64,000 bases of DNA. It comes from Paramoeba atlantica. Its lineage: Eukaryota > Protista > Discosea. The DNA is taken from contig CDRNVI010000054.1 in NCBI GenBank assembly GCA_977017575.1, positions 372,001-436,000 on the forward strand. The letters run 5' to 3'. The position numbers were made by a program, and so were the translations under genes. Position 1 is the first letter of the stretch. Each line of letters opens with the position of its first letter. Below, in pieces: positions 56,130-64,000 of the stretch. The notes beneath the pieces were generated by a model. That model did no database searches. It saw only the letters and a program-made list of their open reading frames with translations, and was not told the DNA's origin.

Positions 56130-58207
56130 TACATAGGAGAGCCCAAACTCCCAGGCGCACGCCCACTGACTCCAAGGCGGTAAGTGAGCCCGGAGGGGAC
56201 TCACAGAAGAGCTTTGAGTAGTACACCGCATTAGGGCGGGTACCGACGGCATTGCGCACCGCCTGCTTATGCCCTGGAATAAGCCAAGTTGCAGCGCAGA
56301 AACCAATGTGCGTCAGACACTGGTGCAATACTTCAGAGCATCTTCCCGTGTCCCCATCGCGGAACAAAAGGCCGCTTGCATCTCTTTGGGCACGCTGCCC
56401 CCTTTGCGATGTTCTTCTCAGTGGGGGGATGAAGGTGGGGTATCTCGGGTGGTGAGGGCGTCCTTGTAAACATAGATATAAGCGGTCGCGTAGAGCCACA
56501 AGAACTGGCTGCGGGACCTCGCGGCTACAGAAATTGCCGCTTTTCAGTGCATTCACGGCCCGAAGGATTGCTTGTGCTCCGCGTTCTGTGTCCACTTCCT
56601 TCCTTTGAGGAAGCTTCTCCCAGGAAAGGCGTCGTAGACATGTACGTCTTTACGCATTCAAGTGCGCTAGGAAGGAGTTGTACGAGCTTGTCCCGGAGCG
56701 ACAATAACCAACTAAGTTGGTTATTTGGTTAGTTGGTTAAATTTTTCAGAGCACTGAATCCGATATTTGCACGTGGGAAATCACTCGTAGACATGCATTC
56801 AAGGCTACAGAACGTAATGGGTATAAAAACGTAATGGGTATAAAAAAAAATTATATAAAAAATGGGTAGAAAATGCAACTCCAACCACACCATTCTTTTC
56901 ATTGATGGTTCCTCTCTGTTAATGAGATTTACACGATTTTAGAATGCACAGCCCATTAGGCGCACCTCGGAGCCCCAGAACACATACAAAGAACATCCAA
57001 AAAGAACGATTGCGAGCCGCGCACCTCGATCCACAGGTGTTCTGGAGCTCTAAAGTCAGGCCAAATAGGAATGAGCAAGCATACCACAAGGTTAAGTCGT
57101 TCCTTGGTCGACAGGATGCGTAGGCGCATATAAAGCCTTTTATAGACGTCAATCAAAGCTTTTAGACATCAATCAAGGCGCAAGAAAGAGTTCCGCTAGT
57201 ATTCATTTGAAGGTACATACTTCGTTTTTATGCATAAATAAATTGTGTTTTTCGCCTAAAAAATCTTACTTCGAAATTGCAAAAAAACTGTTCACATGTT
57301 TTTCTTTACTTGCATACGATCACACTTTTGTTACAAAGCCGGTTGAGTCGGAAGCTCTATGTCAACATATACGTAGTACCCACGCGTACACTACTCTGAT
57401 ATACTACTTCAATGCACACGACACCTGGCCACAGGGAAACACCAACAATAAAAAAGTGTCAAACATGTGAACAGTGATTTTGCGTACTGTATATCGTCTA
57501 TATAAACCATATGCGAGTACACCAAATTATGGCTTGTATTGCCTCTGACTATTTACATCTCCTTCACCCATTCTCCTTATAGATCCTTATACAAGGATAA
57601 AATCCTATACCAATCTACAATCTATTCTTCTTGCATAACTTTACTTTTCCTTCATCTAACCACTTTGCTCAACTTGAGAATTTGAGAGTATTATGTGTTA
57701 CTTTACTAGTGACTGTACGCGTCCGCTTTGACTTTGTTCCGTTTTCGCTTTCGACGCGAGGTTGTAGAGGCGGACGCTTCACATGTCGCAAGTGACTTTC
57801 CATTTTTTCGCTCACCACCTTCAGGTGCTTCAACTGCTGTAAATCAGCTTCCCTGGAGAGACTTGAATCTTCAAGAAGAGATTACGCACGATGGACCCTT
57901 TCTCGAGAGATCTTCAGCTCCTTTGACGAATCGCCCAATCTATTTTGAATCGTTTTGATGAGGGCATCGCGTTGTTCCTGACGTTGTTTCGGGGAAGACC
58001 AAATGCGACGAAGAGTTTTCGACAGGTTAGTAGCTTCACCCCCTTGCAGTGCGCGCCCTAACCAAGATGCCAACGCTTCTGCAGAACTAAGATAGACCTT
58101 GTACGGCCCTGCTTTTGCACAATTTTGCATAAAGCAAAGCATTTGTGCGAATTGGGAAAACGACATGGTCTGACCACAGATGAGGGGCTGCGGGTGAGGC
58201 CCAATAT

Positions 58208-58330
58208 GAGATCACGCGAGATCACGTGAGATCATGCGAGATCTCTCTAGAGTGGATTTGGCTCTGGACGGTGGTCGGACGACCTCAAAGCTAGATCACA
58301 CGAGATCACGTGAGATCACGCGAGATCATA
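58208..58330. repeat. Two arrays of 10-bp GAGATCA(C/T)N2 units
   Basis: 58208-58243 (3.5 units) and 58292-58330 (4 units). Confidence 0.9.
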
Positions 58331-58860
58331 CCCGCAGCCCCTCAGATACTCCACCCCGAGTACACACAACAAACATGCTTTACGCGATCGACGTCAAGAC
58401 CCCGTTCGTTTATTTTGGCCACTAGTGCAGGGGAGAAAGTTTCCTTGTCTTGCGTTCCGTGGACAAAGAGTTTTCCCCACTGGGACACATTTCTGGGAAC
58501 AGTGCTGACAAACTTCAGTAAAAACGAAGTTTTCCGTGTCAGAGAAACCGCAATCCAGACAAGCCGGCGGCACAAGAGAACTGAACATAGTATCTCGATC
58601 GCATCTAGAACAGTAGCGCTTTGCTGCTTGCAGTATAAGTGGAAGCAAAGAAATATAATTCTATGTTCCAAAAGCAAAGAAATGTGATGTACAGAATTTT
58701 GGATGTATAGAAGTTTGTGATGTACTTAGTATATATTTTTTGAGTGAAAAAAGGACGTAGTCTTAAGAATGATCGATGCATATTAGTGTAAAACCTTCCG
58801 GTGGGCCTAGGGGGGTGCGCACCTCTTTCTATATGATACTTTTAGAAAAAGACCCATTTC

Positions 58861-58904
58861 CTGGCAGTACCTGACAGTCGCTGGCAGTATCTGGCAGTAC
58901 CTGG
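58861..58904. repeat. Array of 10-bp CTGGCAGTA(C/T) units
   Basis: CTGGCAGTAC CTGACAGTCG CTGGCAGTAT CTGGCAGTAC CTGG. Confidence 0.85.
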
Positions 58905-58949
58905 ACGTAATTTTTGACAGCAAAAAAGGCCGTTTATAGACTCTCCTGT

Positions 58950-59850
58950 ACAACCGCCGCAATCACTGGTAGGCTTAAAAAGTGTACGGTACATGTTGTT
59001 GACGACATACAGTGCACACCCATTATCACCAATTCGTTATTGTGGGCAATCAATGTGGACAATGTTGTATCCAGTACCAACAAAGTTAAGTCGGCTTAGA
59101 CAATCTTTCAGTTGCTTTAAAATAGCAAAAGTTGCGATCGGAGCACACGCTTCTATACTATAGACATTCATAACATGCTTTTTCACGTGCACAAGAATAT
59201 AATATTTCTCGTAATATAAGGACACTTTGTTGAGTTATTCGTGACGGGCATCTCCCTTTTTGCAACAACGTGATTGTCTCCCAGACGTTCCAAGGCACAG
59301 ATTCACCATGTTACGAACATAAAGATCAAATACTTGCATGCACACACTCAGTTGGTATCATAGCTCCATTGCGCAATTTATAGATTGTAAGACGGAGCGC
59401 GCACGAAACCATCCTGTGGCCATGTTCTTCTCTTTTCCTCTTGTACGGATTTTGACCCGTTTCGTACCACGGAACTGATACGAAATATCGGTAATCCGTT
59501 CCCATAATATTGAAGTCTCATCACCTGTCACGATTACTGGGTAACCGCCTCGGTCCTGATTCATTAAAGTAATCATTTGTAGGAACTCGTTTACTCGAGC
59601 ATCGCAATCCCCGGGAACCATTTGTGTACAGCCATTGACTTTGCGTACTTACAGCATCGCAACCAAAATTTATTTTGTCCTTTCTCAGTGACGGTGCGAA
59701 AATGCTGGGAGACTTCTGCGAAATATTTGAACATCATAGGCTTTGTGACCCCGACCATTGCCTCCCTTAGTGCGGGGCATCGCAGCATCTTCTTCATAGA
59801 GTTTGTGATTTTTCAAAGGAGGGTGGTGTTGATTAGCGCGACCGTAGCCT
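58950..59850 (-). pseudogene. pogo-like transposase relic
   Basis: VTGDETSILWE...RGTKRVKIRTRGKEK; homologous to 63231-63617. Confidence 0.7.
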
Positions 59851-59864
59851 AGAAGTACTATTTG

Positions 59865-62800
59865 CATACCTTCCGCGTGTATGTGTGTACGTACACGTGT
59901 AAGTTAGCCACTTACACACTTTTTTGGTAACCCGTTTCGTAACAGGTGTACAGCAAAAAAATAATTATATGTACTTACCAAACGAAACTAGTCAAATTTA
60001 ATATAGTGTTTCATCTGAATACATTCTTTCCTGACTTTCATTTCTCTTTTTACTTTATGGGAAAGCGATCTCGCGTAAGCAGACGCGGACACACACAGAC
60101 GAATTCACAGCCAACGGAGGAGAATGAGTCTCCAACAGGAACTTCATCAACCGCGGGTCTGAGTGTCTCGGAGCGGAGCGAAGAACGCACGTCTCTTCGC
60201 ATTGCAATAGGAGCTCCGCAACCAACCCCCGTAGAGCAGAGAATTTCAAATTGCACCATTCCTACACCAGAACGAAGGTCACGACATCGAATGTCGGAAA
60301 AACTTTTGGCTGAACATTTCAAACTTGAACAATGTTGTGGATCTCCTGACAGCTCCCGCAATGAAAAATGCAAGGCCTATGCTCAGCGCAATACTGATGA
60401 GGTCCTCAGGAATAGTTTCGGGAACAGAGCACACTTTCAATGTAAACATTGTTCGTTCTTCTCGCATTCCCCCTCCAACAATGTATACTACAAACATCGC
60501 GTCGAATGTAAAGGGTCTGAAGAATCGATAAATCAAGAAAATATTGATTCTGTGAGCGTCTTTACTAGAAAGGTTTTACCGTGTTTGCTATCCTCCACGA
60601 ATTTGTCTGCCTCAAGGGCCATGTGGTTTTCCGTCCGAACCTTCCACCTCATGTTATTGCGCCACGGCTTCCGAACCACTCAACAAAATTGCATGAATGG
60701 GAAGCAGAGTTGGCTGATGAGCTGTGGGCCCATATAAGATCGAAGGTTGATTCTGAATGCTTCTTCGGAATTGCTCTCGATGCGGGAATTGATCGCCTAC
60801 TGCATGAGTATGTTCTGATCGGAGTGTTGTACGTTGCGAGTGCACAGTTTCTACTACCTCCAATGTATAGTAGAAAACACGCCGCCTTTGACGGGAAAGA
60901 AGCAGCACATACTCTGATAAATTCTTTGGCCGGAGTGCTTCACGAAGATCGCATCTTCAAGCTACGGTTTTTACAAGTCGATGGCTCAACTGTGAATCAC
61001 GTTGCTCGCATTGAATGCGAAGAATACATGGGGAATTTAGCTGAGTTTTATGGGAGAATTCAAGACATCGGTTCCACCGATCGCATCAACATCCAACTCG
61101 GGGTACGAGAGAGGCTGCCTAAGATAACTTTGTTGAGATGCGTAGGACACGTGCTTAACAACATTGCGAAACAGACATTAAAGGATTACGAAAACAAGCC
61201 TATTTTTCGACTTAAGCGTTCCTTCTGCAATGCATTCTACTCTGGAGCACAAACTAGTGCAAAGCAAGGCAAGTACAGGGGCGTCGCCTTAGGCGTCCAG
61301 CTTGCGAAGTTTGAGAAGCGAGTAGTCGACGCTGAAATTTTTTTCATGCAATCATATGGGGCCCTCGGAATGGAAGACGCGCCCAATTCTTGGATACTTA
61401 ATCTCGAATCCCGAATTCGGGAAGCACTTTACGTCCTGAAGCCCGTTGTGGGAGAGAGCGCGGATTTACTATTAAGTGAACTTAATAATGCAGATAATAC
61501 GAAGGAAAAGCACGAAATTCTTATTAAACACGGAGCTCAGATTTCCGAAGCTTTGAACATTTCACGAGCCAATAGGGCCGTAGAAACCCCCAAACTAGGT
61601 GGCGTCACTCGGTGGGTGCTGGACAAATTTGTTTCTATCTCTTTTCTTGTTAAAGAAATGCGCACTGTTATGGAATACCTGCACCGAGAACTAGAAAACG
61701 AACGCGTATCTAAATCGGTTGCGGAATGTGCTCGACTATTTCGGGTTCACGGTCATGAAGAGTTGCAAGAGGAAGGAAAGTTGTTTTGAAGCGAATGCAA
61801 GGAATTGCACGCAGCCCTTCGCCGTTTTTCTGACTCAAAGCGGGTGCCAACTGCGACACGCGTTTTTCCAATGTTCGAACGGCTTCGTGAGCCTGCTGCT
61901 TCTCCAAATGCCCCATCTGGGTTGAGTGATGCCATTGAACGAAATTGGAGCCGGCTCGAAAGAAACCACGACATGAAGATTTGGCAGGACGTTATGTGGT
62001 TCTCTCCTATATGCATAGTGAATTATTTGCTCGTACGGGGCGCTAGTCCCATATCAGTGCATCGCGCCAACAACCTATTTTTCCGAGATGAGAGTGAAGA
62101 CTTGTTTGGTATTACTGAGATTGCTTGGAATGCTTTTGTTACCGCCGCTAATTATCACATAAGCCCCGTCAAGCACACGAACGAGCACGTGTGGTGGGAG
62201 GACATCGGGCGGACAATGTTTCCGGAAGTGTATCGGGCAGCGAAACATTGGATTTCGCTTCCTTATGTAGTAACGCAATGCGATTCGTGGCTTTCAGTGT
62301 TAAGTAACAAGTACAGTAGTCGACAAGCCAGTATTGGAACATGTACAGTCGCAAATCAAATGTTTTTACGAGGAAACATGTCATATTTACCTTATTTGGA
62401 TAAGTCGATAAAACTTATTGAGCAGTGCAATACGCAAAAGGGAGAAACCAGTTGCTACTATACTGAAGATAACACGTGCACATCTGAGAGTTCGCATTCT
62501 GAAATTGAAACCGATAATATTATTGATTCGTAACTTTAAGTGATTCTACAATGCGTCGTATATTTCATTGTATGTTTTGAAAATTAAAATTTCAAGACAA
62601 TATATTTCAAGATAAGATAGGGCGGGGGGGAGGGTAGGCTTCCGGTGGGCCTAGGGGGTGTACACCAAAAAAAATATTCGTTATAATTGCATGTAATGTT
62701 TTGAATTTAAGCATTTTTATATCCTCAGATGCTAATTACGATAAAGTATACTTTTTTTCTCATTTTTCCGTCCGTTCTTCTCATTCGCATTGTTTTTCCC

Positions 62801-63132
62801 ATTGTAAAAAATGGGAAATTATTTACATATTTTATAAACCTATACTACCCCTGAGTATACAGGGGGATAAGAGTAGGAAAACTACTCAAACGAAAAAAGA
62901 TAAAGATATTGTTTCTGTAAAGCTGCCTTCTCCGAAAGCTCTCGGACTTACCAGGCACTGCCATCTCATTGACGGTACACGCGCCGACCAAAAACGTTGG
63001 TTCAAAAAACCAAAAGGTGGACAAAGAATATTTCATACTCTCTGTAAAGTGTGTAAGTGGCTAACTTACACGCGTGTAAGATCCCACTTACACGCTCATT
63101 GTGTAAGTGGCTAACTTAGCCCGGAAGGTATG
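59865..63132 (+). mobile_element. Full-length hAT-like transposon, 3268 bp, 11-bp TIRs, 6-bp TSD
   Basis: TATTTG-CATACCTTCCG ... CGGAAGGTATG-TATTTG; subterminal GTGTAAG-N6/7-CTTACAC palindromes at both ends. Confidence 0.88.
60057..62533 (+). pseudogene. hAT-like transposase with one frameshift (about 60600-60650) and one in-frame TGA (61787-61789)
   Basis: Zn finger CKHC...H, FFGIALDAGID, QVDGSTVN, CVGH, TRW, C-terminal WWEDIGRTMFPEVYRAAKHWISLP dimerisation-like domain. Confidence 0.85.
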
Positions 63133-63230
63133 TATTTGTTGTCATTCGCGTTTTCGGCTGTATAATCTGTTGATTGTGCTCCTGTCAAGATTTTTTATTT
63201 TCGCAACGTCTGGTATCGAACGTCCGGAGT

Positions 63231-63617
63231 CTATAGACTATAGAATTCATAGGTTATCTCACTTATGGACTTCCAACACACCGAAGTCTCGTCACCAGTC
63301 GCAATAGTAGTGTACGCACCGCGGTCGACATTCATATGAGCGCTCGTATCAAGAAATTTGCTTACTGACTCTTCGGCGTCGGTAGAAACAAGTTGTGTAC
63401 AACCGTTCACCCGGCGTCGGCACACATTTGAAAAATGACAAAAGCGTAGCCAAAACTTTTCTTTGCGGTACTCAGACACGCCCCGAAAATGAGCTGAGTT
63501 ACCAGAGAAAAACGAAAACACTATTGTCTTCGGAACTCCAGTGAGGACTTCCCGAAGAGTTGGCCTGCCACAAAATTTTAGCCTTCCAGAAAATCGGAAA
63601 AGCAGGAAAAAGCGCAT
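63231..63617 (-). pseudogene. pogo-like transposase relic
   Basis: KFWLRFC...IATGDETSVCWK aligns with the 58950-59850 relic. Confidence 0.65.
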
Positions 63618-63760
63618 AGGTTAGTTTCATCATCGCTTTGATCACAAAAATGCGACACAGCGTCTTCCGGTTCTAAAATTCGAATAGGCGCTCAATGGGT
63701 TATGCTCCTCGACATCATTTAAATTATGCGATGTAGGAAATTTTGATGTGGCATGTTAAA

Positions 63761-63875
63761 AAACGCGTAGGGCATCGTAACATTCCGAGGTGAATGTTAC
63801 GATGCCCTACGCGTTTACCGTACCTAAACCACAGTAGTGTGGTTTAGGTAGGCGTTGGTACCATCGATTCGATGG
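63761..63875. other. Three consecutive perfect inverted repeats (25, 13 and 7 bp stems)
   Basis: Stems 63761-63785/63792-63816, 63821-63833/63838-63850, 63861-63867/63869-63875. Confidence 0.95.
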
Positions 63876-64000
63876 CAGTGCCATGGAAGACGACGAGGAG
63901 GAGACCTTACTTTCCCATTTTTCCCCATTTCTTTTCCTTTTAACCCCCCCACATTGAGTTTGTGTCCAGCTGCCGGAGAAAGTTGCTTTCACAGAAACGG

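Noticed and set aside
56113-56595. Possible tyrosine recombinase fragment
   Set aside because: The R-H-R-H-Y catalytic pattern cannot be assembled convincingly
7628-62533. Stop-codon reassignment (Blastocrithidia-like), prompted by in-frame TAG (8372), TAA (12478) and TGA at likely Trp sites (61787 and in the 19657-19973 relic)
   Set aside because: Long conserved genes have no internal stops and end with TAA, TAG or TGA at expected positions. The TAA replaces Leu, not Glu. All cases are single substitutions.

Overview
Eukaryotic nuclear DNA. About 16 intronless protein genes all lie on the + strand, several preceded by polypyrimidine tract + AG. This organisation resembles a kinetoplastid polycistronic, trans-spliced cluster, and the repeated short LRR proteins suggest a Perkinsela-like lineage (inference only). 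Recognisable genes: RPB10, cytochrome b5 reductase, mitochondrial FAD glycerol-3-phosphate dehydrogenase, LETM1-like, U2A', a SMARCAL1/ZRANB3-type SNF2 ATPase with an N-terminal GRF-like zinc finger, an OsmC-like gene broken by an in-frame TAG, a 1162-aa helical-repeat protein and five LRR paralogues. The intergenic DNA is packed with mobile elements: a Tc1-like family with DD32E spacing, pogo relics, a complete hAT-like element with a 6-bp TSD, at least five MITE families (one nested in another), a nearly intact CRE-clade retrotransposon, and LINE, HERO/R2-like and DIRS-like relics. The most unusual signals are (1) repeated GC-rich islands inside genes where the + strand flips from C-rich to G-rich, including at synonymous sites, (2) the divergent DNA transposons, (3) a duplicated box C/D-like RNA candidate and (4) a cluster of perfect hairpins near the window end. 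All counts and alignments were done by eye.
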